A DNA stretch of 64,000 bases from Candidatus Babeliales bacterium (GCA_963722255.1 CAVRJO010000001.1:256001-320000); one strand, 5' to 3'; positions 20,574-33,951 are shown, numbered from the stretch's first letter. Notes: generated from the letters alone by a model not told the origin. Numbers and translations: made by a program.

Positions 20574-21527
20574 TTAATTATTTACCGTATAATTTAAAAT
20601 TGGAATTCGAATTTCAGGTGGTAATATACTTAAATATGAATCTTGGTTGCTAAAATGTTTCCTTGCCAGAATTTCTTTTCGGATCATTTTTTGTATCGCA
20701 GGGCTCTTTGCATGATTCAATAATGATTCTCCAGCATCAGTCATAACTTCAGGATCAGCACCAGCTTTAATAAGCAAATCTACCATCGCAATGCGATTAT
20801 ATTTTACAGCAGCCAATAATGGCGTATCACCAAAGCCATCCTTTGCTTCAATATCCATTTTTAAATCTATAAAAGCTTCAAGCATATAAATGGTTCCGAA
20901 TTTAGCTGCATGATGTAATAAAATTTTATTTTTATGGCTCGGGATTTTAACATCAAAATTATCAAGAATTAAATCAAAAATTTTATTGGTAGTGCCGACC
21001 ATACTACTATTAGTTGGACAAATCGATATTGCTGCGTGACAAGATTTAATTTTTGCGCCATATCCAATTAATAATTGGCAAGTTTCAAAACTACCTTTAT
21101 CGATAGCGTGCCATAATAAATCATTATTAAAAACAATGTCATTAGAACTGATTGCAGTTACGTCGAGAAGCTCTTTTATTTTTCTAGAATCATTAGATTC
21201 AATAAGCTCAGAAATCCTTTCCTGAGAAGGAATAATCTTTTTAGCGATTTGTGCCCTGATTGACATATTGTGACTATTAATTTGTTGCAGGTATTGAACT
21301 TGAGCATATTTATTATATAAAAAACTTGCTAATCCTGAACAAAAAAAGGTTCCAGTAACTATCGATTTCTTAAAAGAATAATCTTTAGTATACAATTGCC
21401 AAACTAATGAGCCAACACCAAGCGCAGTAGCGCCAATACCAACAGTAAAACTAGTTTTGCGGCTCATACAATCTAATTGACAAGCGCTATTCAAAAAAAA
21501 GAGCAAAAACAGTACTATTAATTTCAT
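20574..21527 (-). CDS. Ankyrin-repeat protein with signal peptide, membrane hairpin and C-terminal F-box-like motif
   Basis: GDTPLLAAVKYNRIAMVDLLIKAGAD; C-terminal LSILPPEIRIPILNY. Confidence 0.85.
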   Translation of the reverse strand: MKLIVLFLLFFLNSACQLDCMSRKTSFTVGIGATALGVGSLVWQLYTKDYSFKKSIVTGTFFCSGLASFLYNKYAQVQYLQQINSHNMSIRAQIAKKIIPSQERISELIESNDSRKIKELLDVTAISSNDIVFNNDLLWHAIDKGSFETCQLLIGYGAKIKSCHAAISICPTNSSMVGTTNKIFDLILDNFDVKIPSHKNKILLHHAAKFGTIYMLEAFIDLKMDIEAKDGFGDTPLLAAVKYNRIAMVDLLIKAGADPEVMTDAGESLLNHAKSPAIQKMIRKEILARKHFSNQDSYLSILPPEIRIPILNYTVNN

Positions 21528-21539
21528 AACAATTCTATA

Positions 21540-22475
21540 TTATTTATACGTAGCAAAACTTATAACACGATCTAAAAGCTCTTGTGGCATTGCTTGCGGT
21601 TTTCTATCTCTATACATCAAACTAGTTGGACTTAACGATTCCATAGAAATCATTTTAGCAACAATCAACTCTTTTAACCCTGCATTTATAACTTTATTTA
21701 ATACAGAATCTCCTGATAAAGTTGTTGCATTTAAATCAGCGCCAGCATTAATTAATGTTTTTGCTGCCGTAATATTATTATGTGCTGTAGCAATTAATAA
21801 TGGTGTGTATCCAAAATCATCACGAACTTCAAGATCAAATCCAAAATTAATAAAAGTTTCAACCATATGGGAAGTTCCATGACTAGCAGCATTTAATAAT
21901 AAAGTTTCACTCTTACGCTCTTTAAGCACGGAACGATCAAAACTATCCAATATTAAATCAAAAATATTATCATTAGCCAAAATTGAATTCTCTAAATCTC
22001 GTAAAGTAACTGTCGCTCCATTGTCAATAACCAATTTACAGATATCGAATTCACGCTTCACTATTGAATAATGTAAAATATCTCCGCCAAAAATTTTCTC
22101 ATCAGGACCAATTATACCTGCATCAAGAAGCCGTTTTATTTCATCATAGTTATTAGAAGCTGACACAAGGGCATAAAGAGTTTCTTCATCTACCTTTGCC
22201 TTATTGCTCAATTGATTGTTCTTTGTTGATCTAGGCAAACTTGTTACCTTCGCATAGTTACTATAGATCAAACTAGTTATTCCCGAAGTTATCAAAGTTC
22301 CCGTAACTATCGATTTTTTCAACGAATAATCTTTAGTATACAATTGCCATACTAATGAGCCAACACCAAGCGCAGTAGCGCCAATACCAACCGTAAAACT
22401 AGTTTTGCGGCTCATACAATCTAATTGACAAGCGCTATTCAAAAAAAAGAGCAAAAATAGTAGTTTAAATTTCAT
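21540..22475 (-). CDS. Ankyrin-repeat protein, tandem paralog
   Basis: GYTPLLIATAHNNITAAKTLINAGAD; same N-terminal 60 aa as its neighbour; C-terminal MPQELLDRVISF. Confidence 0.85.
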   Translation of the reverse strand: MKFKLLFLLFFLNSACQLDCMSRKTSFTVGIGATALGVGSLVWQLYTKDYSLKKSIVTGTLITSGITSLIYSNYAKVTSLPRSTKNNQLSNKAKVDEETLYALVSASNNYDEIKRLLDAGIIGPDEKIFGGDILHYSIVKREFDICKLVIDNGATVTLRDLENSILANDNIFDLILDSFDRSVLKERKSETLLLNAASHGTSHMVETFINFGFDLEVRDDFGYTPLLIATAHNNITAAKTLINAGADLNATTLSGDSVLNKVINAGLKELIVAKMISMESLSPTSLMYRDRKPQAMPQELLDRVISFATYK

Positions 22476-22559
22476 AAAACCTCACATTAATATATTTTTT
22501 TTAACTATAGCTTCTAGAATAACACAAATATAAATCATTTCAAGCTGAAATATTAAAAA

Positions 22560-22583
22560 TAGGCGCACTTAAGGGTACGCCTA
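22560..22583 (-). terminator. Putative gyrB terminator
   Basis: TAGGCG...CGCCTA stem preceded by an A run on the + strand. Confidence 0.55.
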
Positions 22584-22606
22584 CAAAAATTCAGGGTAAC
22601 TATAGT

Positions 22607-25063
<2,457 letters not shown>

Positions 25064-25269
25064 CTATTTTTATATATTTTTAGTGTATAATAAAAATAAT
25101 TATTTTTCTATTTTCATTACAAGCATTTTAGAAGAAATGTATACTATACTTTACTATTGCAGCAGATTTTCTCAATTTTGGAGCAAATTAACGCAGAAAC
25201 AATATAAAAACATATCGATAACTGCTTTTAAAGCTCTATACCTTCATTAAAATAGAAAGGAAAAATTTT

Positions 25270-25938
25270 ATGAAATATGTAATAACTATATTCTTTACAA
25301 CATCATTGTTTCTTGCACCAGCGTTTGTACAAAGCATGGAGAAAAAAGACTCTTCAGCAGAAGTTTCACAAGAAGAATGGCCTTATGTACGAGCTATCAT
25401 GACTCTTCCAAACGAAACATCAACAGTAGAGCTACAAGAATTTATAACACTATACACACTTCCTTACATAGCATATGTTTATGATAGACGTGATGAAAAT
25501 ACGTTCAAATCTCTACTAGGAGCTGATCCCGAGGAAATTTTAAAGGGTCGCTACAAAGAATATCTGGATCTTATAAAACACCAAGAAACTATTATAGAAG
25601 AGCTTGACCAAGGTCTTGGCAATATCGACAAAACTCGTTCTGACAACAAAAGGCTATTCAAAATTGGAAGCTATACCCTCTGGAGTGGCATTCTTACATT
25701 ATGCGCAAATCGACTTTTTCCGATGGTATCACCATTAATGAAAGAGTTCTGGTCTAAATATCCTACATTTTCATTAGTGTCTTGTACAACCGGTGTTGCC
25801 CTTAGCGGATATGGCCTGTTTACACTATTTACATATAATAACCATAGAAGACAAATAGATGGGCTTTTAAAAGCAAAAAGCGATCTTGTTACACTAAAGA
25901 TGCTTGGCGTTTTTTTCTCAGAAGAAAAAGACAAATAA
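25270..25938 (+). CDS. Secreted protein with coiled coil and two-TM hairpin
   Basis: Signal ...VQS|MEK; two hydrophobic segments near the C-terminus. Confidence 0.7.
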   Translation: MKYVITIFFTTSLFLAPAFVQSMEKKDSSAEVSQEEWPYVRAIMTLPNETSTVELQEFITLYTLPYIAYVYDRRDENTFKSLLGADPEEILKGRYKEYLDLIKHQETIIEELDQGLGNIDKTRSDNKRLFKIGSYTLWSGILTLCANRLFPMVSPLMKEFWSKYPTFSLVSCTTGVALSGYGLFTLFTYNNHRRQIDGLLKAKSDLVTLKMLGVFFSEEKDK

Positions 25939-25963
25939 AGTAATAAAAAATAAATACTCCACT

Positions 25964-26434
25964 ATGGAACAGAATATAATCCACATTTCTTACATGAGTA
26001 AAGCGCTTCAACAAGCACAAAAGGCATTTAATAAGAATGAAGTGCCCATTGGAGCACTCATAGTTGATCCACAGGGCAACATTATCGGCCGTGGGCACAA
26101 TCTTGTAGAACAAAAAAAACAACAAACAGCTCATGCAGAGATTCGCGCAATTGAACAAGCATGCAGGAAACAAAAAGATTGGCGTCTGGATGGCTGTTGG
26201 ATCTATGTCACTCTTGAGCCCTGCTCTATGTGCATGAATCTTATTCTTTTAAGTAGATGTACCGGTTTAGTCTATGGAGCATCTTCTCCTATTTTTGGCT
26301 TTGAACTTGACAATACTGGACCTCTTCAGCTATATAGAAGAAACAAGATTCAAATAATCAAAGAAATTTGCCAAAAAGAATCTATCGAATTACTAAAAAA
26401 TTTTTTCAAAAAAAAGAGGAAATCGAGTGAGTGA
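25964..26434 (+). CDS. tadA: tRNA adenosine(34) deaminase
   Basis: EVPIGA, AHAEI, TLEPCSMC. Confidence 0.88.
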   Translation: MEQNIIHISYMSKALQQAQKAFNKNEVPIGALIVDPQGNIIGRGHNLVEQKKQQTAHAEIRAIEQACRKQKDWRLDGCWIYVTLEPCSMCMNLILLSRCTGLVYGASSPIFGFELDNTGPLQLYRRNKIQIIKEICQKESIELLKNFFKKKRKSSE

Positions 26435-26801
26435 CGAAAAAAAAATCAATAAAGATATAAACATCGAAGAGATAAAAAAACAGCTCCTTGAAAGAAAAAA
26501 AGAGCTTGATAGAGATCTTGGAGAACTGTATAAACCAACAAATTTTAGCGATGTGCAGGATGTCGGCGATCAAGCATTATCCTCATCGATGGAAACAATA
26601 AAAATATCATTACAGGATGCTGAACTTGACGAATACAATAGGATTGCCAAAGCACTTGAAATGATTGAAGAAGGCACCTATGGGATTTGCGTCGATTGTG
26701 GACAGCCGATTTCAGAAAAAAGACTAAAGCTATTTCCCAATGCTACCAGATGTTTAAAATGCCAAGAACTTCTTGAGGAAACAAAAAAAGAGTTACTATA
26801 G
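26427..26801 (+). CDS. DksA/TraR C4 zinc-finger protein
   Basis: DVGD; YGICVDCGQPISEKRL...RCLKCQ. Confidence 0.88.
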   Translation: MSDEKKINKDINIEEIKKQLLERKKELDRDLGELYKPTNFSDVQDVGDQALSSSMETIKISLQDAELDEYNRIAKALEMIEEGTYGICVDCGQPISEKRLKLFPNATRCLKCQELLEETKKELL

Positions 26802-26852
26802 CTATGCTTTTTTTATAGAGATGGTATAGTATTTGTAGCCTAATTGGCTTTT

Positions 26853-26927
<75 letters not shown>

Positions 26928-27017
26928 TTAAACAACTATTTTTGTATTTGAATCCTATTTTTTGACAATTTTGCGTAATTTTGACATTCTTACTAGTAGG
27001 TAAATTATTTATTTTAT

Positions 27018-27494
27018 ATGCCAAACAAGGACACTAACCTCCCCATGGATAAACTAAAAAACATTAAAACTAAAGGTTCCACAGCTAAAACTCATACTAC
27101 AAAGAAAAATGCGCCCCTCGCTCATGGTGTTGGTCGTCGTAAAAGTTCAGTAGCACGCGTTTATATTCGCAGAGGAACAGGTAAAATAGTAGTAAATGAT
27201 CAAGAATACGCTACCTATTTCACTACCGATATCGCTCGTCTTGATGCAACTAAACCGTTCAGAGCCCTTAAAACTACAGCTTACGATGTAACAGCCGATG
27301 TTAGTGGCGGTGGGATCAACGGTCAAGCAGGTGCATTGCGTTTAGGTATTGCGCGTGCTATGGTTTCTCTTGATGAAAACTTGCGTCCGCTTTTACGTTC
27401 ATTTGACCTTTTAACTTCCGATTCACGTGTTAAAGAGCGTAAAAAATATGGTCAAAAAGCTGCACGTCGCAAATTCCAATTTGTAAAACGTTAA
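27018..27494 (+). CDS. rpsI: 30S ribosomal protein S9
   Basis: GRRKSSVARV, GGGINGQAGA, ERKKYGQKAARRKFQFVKR. Confidence 0.96.
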   Translation: MPNKDTNLPMDKLKNIKTKGSTAKTHTTKKNAPLAHGVGRRKSSVARVYIRRGTGKIVVNDQEYATYFTTDIARLDATKPFRALKTTAYDVTADVSGGGINGQAGALRLGIARAMVSLDENLRPLLRSFDLLTSDSRVKERKKYGQKAARRKFQFVKR

Positions 27495-27551
27495 TTTCTA
27501 TTATCAACGCATAATAATTTTGGCCTAACTATACTTAAAGGAGTAGTAAGT

Positions 27552-29394
27552 ATGTGTGGACTTGTTGGTTATATAGGCAATAATTTTAGTAGATCACATA
27601 TTATTAAAGGGCTTAGTCGATTAGAATACCGTGGATATGATTCTGCCGGATTTGCATGTTTAAGCCCTTCTAATAACCATATTATTTACAGCAAAGCTCA
27701 GGGTCATCTTAAAAATCTCATTAAAAGTTTTGATGAAACTCCTATAGACGGTCATATTGGACTAGGGCATACTCGTTGGTCAAGTCATGGTATAGCTTCA
27801 ACGGAAAACGCCCATCCTCACTTTGATTGTCAAAAGAAAATTTCTGTGGCTCATAATGGCATTATAGAAAATTATCACGAGCTTAAGAGTGCAATTATGC
27901 AAAGAAGGACACATTTTCGCATCTCAAACAGATACGGAAGTCATAGCACACCTCCTTGAAGACTTATTAAAAAAAACGACCTCTCTTCACACTGCATTAC
28001 TTGGTTTAACACAAGCTCTACGCGGTGCATATGCCTTAATCTTTATAAGTGAGCTTTTTCCCGACCAAATGATCGTAATACGAAAAGGATCACCGTTATG
28101 CCTTGGAATTGGCATTCACGAGATATTTGTTTCCTCTGATCCCTTAGCATTTGCAGAAAATACTAATAATGCCGTCTATTTACCTGACCAGAGCTTTGCT
28201 ATCCTTAATAAAGATTCTATTGATCTGTATGATTTTTCGGGTACTGCTTTGACCCCTTCTATACAAAAGATCAATGCATACTGGACCAATGTTGATAAAA
28301 TGGGCTATAAGCATTTTATGCTTAAAGAAATTTATGAACAAAAAAGCGCAATAATAAATACTTTAGAACATTTAGATGCAGTCCCTGAGATTTGGCATCA
28401 AATGGGTATTTCAGCCGATACATGCAAAAAAATTGATTCCATTGCTCTCATTGGATGTGGAACATCATGGTACGCTGCAAGAATTGCTCAATTTTATTTT
28501 GAACAACTCTGCTTAATTCCGTCAAAGATTTTGCTTGGGTCAGAATTTAGATACATGCCTTTTTTCCCTGAAAAAAATACCCTCTATATTGCAATCTCAC
28601 AATCAGGAGAAACAGCAGATACCCTTGAAGCAATACGCTTAATCAATTCATTTAATTTACCAACAGTCGGATTAACTAATGTTAACTCGAGCACACTTGT
28701 GCGTGAAGCCCAGGGCTTTGTGCTTATGAATGCAGGACCTGAGATTGCAGTTGCCTCTACAAAAGCATTTTCTTGTCAACTTGCTACCCTATTTTGGCTT
28801 GCAAACAAAATAGCTTTAGAAAAAAATCTTATTAAGCAATCCCATATGGAACAGGCACGTAATGATATATTGTTGGCTGCCGAAACTTTGGAAAATACTA
28901 TCTCAACCTATCAAGATAGTATAGTAGCTAAGCTTGCTCCCTTTTATGCGCAGTTTAAAAAATTTATCTTTTTAGGTAGAAATATCAGTTATCCTTTTGC
29001 AATGGAAGCAGCGTTAAAACTTAAAGAGATTGCTTACGTTTTTGCGCAGTGTTATCCGGCTGGAGAACTTAAACATGGCCCTATTGCCCTTATTGATAGC
29101 GAAACTCCCATCTTAATTTTTTCAACGCTTGATCCATTAATTTATCAAAAATTGGTGTCAAATGCTCAAGAGGTTAAAGCGCGTAATGGACATCTAACTA
29201 TTTTTGCATTTGAAGGGCAACAAGAGCTCATTGAACTCGCTGATATAATTTTTATTATCCCGACCGTGAATCCATTGCTCGCTCCACTTGCAATGACGGG
29301 ATTAATGCAATTTTTGATGTATCAAATTGCTGATAGCCTTGGATGCCACATTGATAAACCAAGAAATCTTGCAAAATCTGTTACGATAGAATAA
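27552..29394 (+). CDS. glmS: Glutamine--fructose-6-phosphate transaminase; frameshift near 27886
   Basis: MCGLVG, LEYRGYDSAG, GHTRW, SQSGET, ELKHGP, PRNLAKSVT. Confidence 0.95.
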
Positions 29395-29620
29395 ACAAGT
29401 TGCTTTACTCTATACTGCGCACTAGCCATATTTTATAACAAAAAATAGTACAATGTGCATCACAAACCATGAAAAATGGTATATAATAGTCACATGTTTA
29501 TATAAAGAGCGGGTTTACTTTAACATCTAGTTCTTTGTATACTATTCATTAATTGCTAGTATGCATATAAAAAAAACAAAAAAAACAAAAAAAATTAAAA
29601 AATCTCTGGAGCATAGAGAA

Positions 29621-30973
29621 ATGGCAATCTTTCGATATTCTATAAAAATGATCCTTCTTGCCGTACTCTATCTTTTTGTAGTAAGAATAACAGCGCGAGA
29701 AAATTGTTTTCAATTGGACAATAGTTCTTCAAATGAATTTTGGATTACGGTCGTAGTCCATGGAATTGTAAATATAAAACCGCATCTTTCGGTTTCAAAC
29801 TTAATTCGTTTCATGCGCGATCAAATTACAGATTCAATTTATGCACGAGCAGTAGAGATAATGAGAGTAGATCCCTTTTTTTTCCAATATTCTGCTATGC
29901 AAGGCCTTGGCTTAGAAAAAATAGACCCAACCCTAAAACGAGAAGGTTATGCCTCGGGTGCATTTGCCTTGAGTTATACTAGTTTTGACCAATTAAATAA
30001 TCAAAATAATGAAAAGAATATCTTTTATACCTTTGGCTGGTCCGGATTACTCAGCACTCAAATACGATATTATGAAGCTGAAATTTTTTATCGTGCACTC
30101 GAAAATGAGATTAACTATTATAGAGCGCAAGGACTTAATCCAAAAGTTAGAATTATTGGCTATAGCCATGGAGGCTATATTGCTCTTAATTTAGGAGCAG
30201 TATTTAATAATAAAAAGAAAGACGCAGTTGATTGGTGTGTCGATGAACTGATTCTCCTTGGTGTCCCTGTCATTTCAGATACCGATTTTTTAGTTGATAG
30301 TTTGCTCTTTAAGGAAGTATATCATGTTTATTCGCCCGGCGATCGCGTTCAAGTTGTTGATTGTCTTGCAACTAATAGATTTTTTTCTCACAGAATATTT
30401 AGATCACGGCTTGGGTTTTTACTTCCACAAAAATTGAAACAGATTCAATTCCGAGTAAAAAGAGTAGCAAAAACAAGAGCAGCAAAGCACCATTGTAAAC
30501 ATCATGCGCAAGAATATCCAGCAAAGTTACTCCGCAATGCCGATCCTGGGCATACAGAACTTTGGTCTTTTGGATGGTCCATGGGCTACCGATCCCATTT
30601 ACCTCTTTATCCTTTTCCTGCAGGAGTATATCTTGGTTATCTTATAAATAGTATAAAAAATAATTACATTGGCAACAATCATCTTATTATGGATATTAGA
30701 CCTTTTCAAGAAAAAATATGTATCAGTGCCTATGATTCATCATTCAACATGGTTGTTCCTTTTCCATCAAAGCAATTTCATGAAGAAGTTGTTCAGCAAC
30801 TTAATCCATATGTTCCAATCAATTGTTCTCGAGAGGCATATAAACAAAGATCTGACCATGCTTTAGAAATTGCTTATGAACAAAAGAAGGATGAATGGCG
30901 TCGAAGGCGTCGATGCCTGCCACGATTTAAGAAAAAATTTATGGCACAGAAGACACAAAAAGTAGAATGTTAA
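29621..30973 (+). CDS. Secreted alpha/beta-hydrolase-fold protein
   Basis: VVVHG oxyanion segment and IGYSHGG nucleophile elbow; hydrophobic N-terminus; basic C-terminus. Confidence 0.7.
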   Translation: MAIFRYSIKMILLAVLYLFVVRITARENCFQLDNSSSNEFWITVVVHGIVNIKPHLSVSNLIRFMRDQITDSIYARAVEIMRVDPFFFQYSAMQGLGLEKIDPTLKREGYASGAFALSYTSFDQLNNQNNEKNIFYTFGWSGLLSTQIRYYEAEIFYRALENEINYYRAQGLNPKVRIIGYSHGGYIALNLGAVFNNKKKDAVDWCVDELILLGVPVISDTDFLVDSLLFKEVYHVYSPGDRVQVVDCLATNRFFSHRIFRSRLGFLLPQKLKQIQFRVKRVAKTRAAKHHCKHHAQEYPAKLLRNADPGHTELWSFGWSMGYRSHLPLYPFPAGVYLGYLINSIKNNYIGNNHLIMDIRPFQEKICISAYDSSFNMVVPFPSKQFHEEVVQQLNPYVPINCSREAYKQRSDHALEIAYEQKKDEWRRRRRCLPRFKKKFMAQKTQKVEC

Positions 30974-31050
30974 CAACATTTATAACTTTATACGTTATGT
31001 TATGCTTAAGATAAGAGATATATGAAGTTAGAACCTGAACCGAAAAATTT

Positions 31051-32730
31051 TTGAGTAAAAAAATGAAAAAATTACCTATTGGCACAAGTGATTTTAAAAA
31101 ACTTATTAATGAAGATTATTACTACGTTGATAAAACTCTCTTCATCAAAGAACTTATTGAGAGTTCAGGTGAAGTACTCTTAATTCCTCGACCTCGACGA
31201 TTTGGCAAAACGCTTAATCTCTCAATGTTACGCTATTTTTTTGAAAAAACAGAAACTGATACGAGCATTCTTTTTGCACATACCGAAATTTGGAAACATG
31301 AAGAGTATAAAAAGCTGCAAGGAAAAAACCCTGTTATATTTCTCACCTTTAAAGATATAAAAGAATCCGATTGGCATAAAGCTTATGAAAGTTTTAGAAT
31401 AATTATTGCAAAAGAGTTCAAGCGACATGAATCAGCACTCCTGCCAACGTTATCTGATTTTCATCGAAAAACTTATCAAGCAATTTTGGAACAAAATGCA
31501 AGTGAAGTTGTTTATACTCAAAGTTTATCGTTATTAACAGAGCTTTTGTATAATCATTACCAGAAAAAGGTTATCGTATTACTTGATGAATACGATGCTC
31601 CAATACATGCCGGATATAATAATGGATATTATAATGAGGCTACGCAATTTATGCGTTCGCTGTTAACCGCAGTTCTAAAAGATAATAGTTATCTTGAACG
31701 CGGGGTTTTAACAGGGATCTTGAGAACTGCAAAAGAAGGTATTTTTTCAGGACTTAATAATCTTAAAGTTTGTTCGCTTCTTGATAATGCCTTTCAAGAT
31801 AAATTTGGTTTTTCGCAATTTGAAGTAGAACAATTTTTGAAAGACTATAACCATTTAAATAGTTTGGATGATGTGCAACAGTGGTATAACGGTTACACCA
31901 TTGGCACCACGACCATTTACAACCCCTGGTCATTATTAATGTACAGCGACAATCAATGGAGATTGCAACCATATTGGGTTAATACCAGCGATAATCAGAT
32001 AATAAAAAAATTAGTTACTCTTTCGGATTCTGAAGTCAAAGCAGATTTAGAGCTTCTCTTGTCCGGTGCTACCGTTACCAAGATAGTTGATGAGGCAATT
32101 ATTTTCCCAGGAATAGAAGATAATGCACAGGCTGTATGGAGTCTTTTATTATTTAGCGGATATTTAACCTATACTTCTTGTAAACTTGAAAGAGGAAAAT
32201 CATATTGTAATTTAACTATACCTAATGAAGAAGTTAAAATTCTTTACGAGACCTTTATTCAAGAAATCATCGAAAGTATGTTAACAAAAACCAAATTTAA
32301 GAGCTTCTTAACTGCAATAATCTCAGGTGACATAGAAACTTTCTCCCTCTTATTGCAGGAGTTCATAGTTAACAGTATGAGTTTTTACGATTTACCAAAT
32401 GATGAACCGGAAAAAAGTTACCATTTATTTGTTCTAGGTTTATTGGTGTTACTTGCAGATACCTACCAGATAAAATCTAATCGCGAAAGCGGTTATGGCC
32501 GCTATGATATCATGCTAATACCTCATGATAAAAACAAACTGGCCACAATCATAGAATTTAAAAAAGTATCAACCGAATCATTAGAAAAAACTGCGCAAAA
32601 TGCATTAGAACAAATTACTGCGAAGCAGTATGCACAAGAATTAAAAGCTTTAGGAATTACGCATATTAAAGCGCTTGGTATTGCTTTTCAAGGGAAAAAA
32701 GTTCTGGTTCTTGAGCAGGATTTAGCTTAA
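31051..32730 (+). CDS. AAA-ATPase-like protein with PD-(D/E)XK nuclease domain
   Basis: YYVDKT, RPRRFGKT, LDEYD, WYNGY, YNPWS, SNRESGYGRYDI, IEFKK. Confidence 0.92.
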   Translation: MSKKMKKLPIGTSDFKKLINEDYYYVDKTLFIKELIESSGEVLLIPRPRRFGKTLNLSMLRYFFEKTETDTSILFAHTEIWKHEEYKKLQGKNPVIFLTFKDIKESDWHKAYESFRIIIAKEFKRHESALLPTLSDFHRKTYQAILEQNASEVVYTQSLSLLTELLYNHYQKKVIVLLDEYDAPIHAGYNNGYYNEATQFMRSLLTAVLKDNSYLERGVLTGILRTAKEGIFSGLNNLKVCSLLDNAFQDKFGFSQFEVEQFLKDYNHLNSLDDVQQWYNGYTIGTTTIYNPWSLLMYSDNQWRLQPYWVNTSDNQIIKKLVTLSDSEVKADLELLLSGATVTKIVDEAIIFPGIEDNAQAVWSLLLFSGYLTYTSCKLERGKSYCNLTIPNEEVKILYETFIQEIIESMLTKTKFKSFLTAIISGDIETFSLLLQEFIVNSMSFYDLPNDEPEKSYHLFVLGLLVLLADTYQIKSNRESGYGRYDIMLIPHDKNKLATIIEFKKVSTESLEKTAQNALEQITAKQYAQELKALGITHIKALGIAFQGKKVLVLEQDLA

Positions 32731-32914
32731 ATTTTGATAAGACACGAAAATTACCCTCTATCACTACTCGTGTTTTTAATGAGAAAAAAATAGTATTTTT
32801 TACCCCACTTTAATCTCTTTGCTTAAAATCAATAATAATTTCTAATTGACATTTATATTATGCCTGATATACTTATAATAAAAGGTTAATTAAGAAAAAA
32901 AATGGAGTTTATGT

Positions 32915-33685
32915 ATGAAGAAATTATTACAAAGATTTGTTATGATTTTCATAGCAATAATTGCTATAAATCATTCATTACAAGCAATGAATCAAGAAAA
33001 GATCGTCCAAGACGCTCCTTTTAGCATGTATCAAATGCCTAAAAAAATTGCTAAAGGCTATACACAAGCCTACACAACTGCTTTTTCCTTAACATTTATT
33101 CATGAATTAGGTCACTGGATTGCAAATAAAGCAATCTTGGGCAGAAAAGGAATTATTTTTGTAAATCCTTTCCAAATTTTGCCTAGGGAGGGCGGTTTGA
33201 TGACGTATAAGACCCCTCTTAGTAAGTTTTTTGAAGAATATAAAAAATCTAATAACTTTACACAAGCACTCAAACAGTTTGCACAATTGAACGTATTTAA
33301 ACCAGGAATTGGCTATGGTCTTATGTGTTTAGCCGGTCCGTTATTTGGAGTTTTAGGTTCCCTTGGATTTTTAAAAGGCAGCACAATATACACTGAATAT
33401 AAACGTAATGGAAAATTGTTTGGTCCAGCAGTTGACTATGGCATGAAACAACCACTTTTTAACAAAGATCAAAACCTTATTTCACAAATAATACCATCTA
33501 TGGCTATAATACAGAATGTCATGAATTTATCACCTGCATCAACCCTTGATGGCGAAAAAGCTTTACGAGGATTTAATATAAAACTTGGTGAACTTACACG
33601 TGCTAAAATAACCTTAGCGATTGCTTCAACAAATATTGGTCTGGCTGGATTACTAGGCTATTTGATCTATAAAGCAAACAGCTAA
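32915..33685 (+). CDS. Site-2-protease/M50-like zinc metallopeptidase with signal peptide
   Basis: HELGH, LAGP, NLSPASTLDG; signal ...LQA|MNQ. Confidence 0.7.
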   Translation: MKKLLQRFVMIFIAIIAINHSLQAMNQEKIVQDAPFSMYQMPKKIAKGYTQAYTTAFSLTFIHELGHWIANKAILGRKGIIFVNPFQILPREGGLMTYKTPLSKFFEEYKKSNNFTQALKQFAQLNVFKPGIGYGLMCLAGPLFGVLGSLGFLKGSTIYTEYKRNGKLFGPAVDYGMKQPLFNKDQNLISQIIPSMAIIQNVMNLSPASTLDGEKALRGFNIKLGELTRAKITLAIASTNIGLAGLLGYLIYKANS

Positions 33686-33745
33686 AAATTTATCATAGTT
33701 TAAATCAAAAAAATGGAGATTATTAAAAAAATAACTGTTTAAACA

Positions 33746-33780
33746 ATAACCCGTGTTCCAATCTCCTTTCACGGGTTATT
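33746..33780. terminator. Hairpin, putative terminator
   Basis: AATAACCCGTG...CACGGGTTATT 11-bp stem. Confidence 0.5.
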
Positions 33781-33951
33781 CCAAATCGGGCAATAACTAT
33801 TGTTTAAAATCTATAATCGAAATAAACAATTAGCTCGCTTTAATCAATAAAAACCTTGCATAAAATATATAGTTTTTCTATTTGACATTATCTTGTTTTA
33901 TAGTTATTCTATATTTAAAGGAGATTAAGGTAAAAATTTGGAGGTTTATAT

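Noticed and set aside
29561..29620. Lys-rich N-terminus MHIKKTKKTKKIKK, or a poly-A phase-variation tract
   Set aside because: Probably upstream A-rich DNA; a later start gives a normal leader; nothing shows length variation
30960..30973. C-terminal Cys (KVEC) as a prenylation site
   Set aside because: Cys is the last residue, so it is not CaaX, CC or CxC
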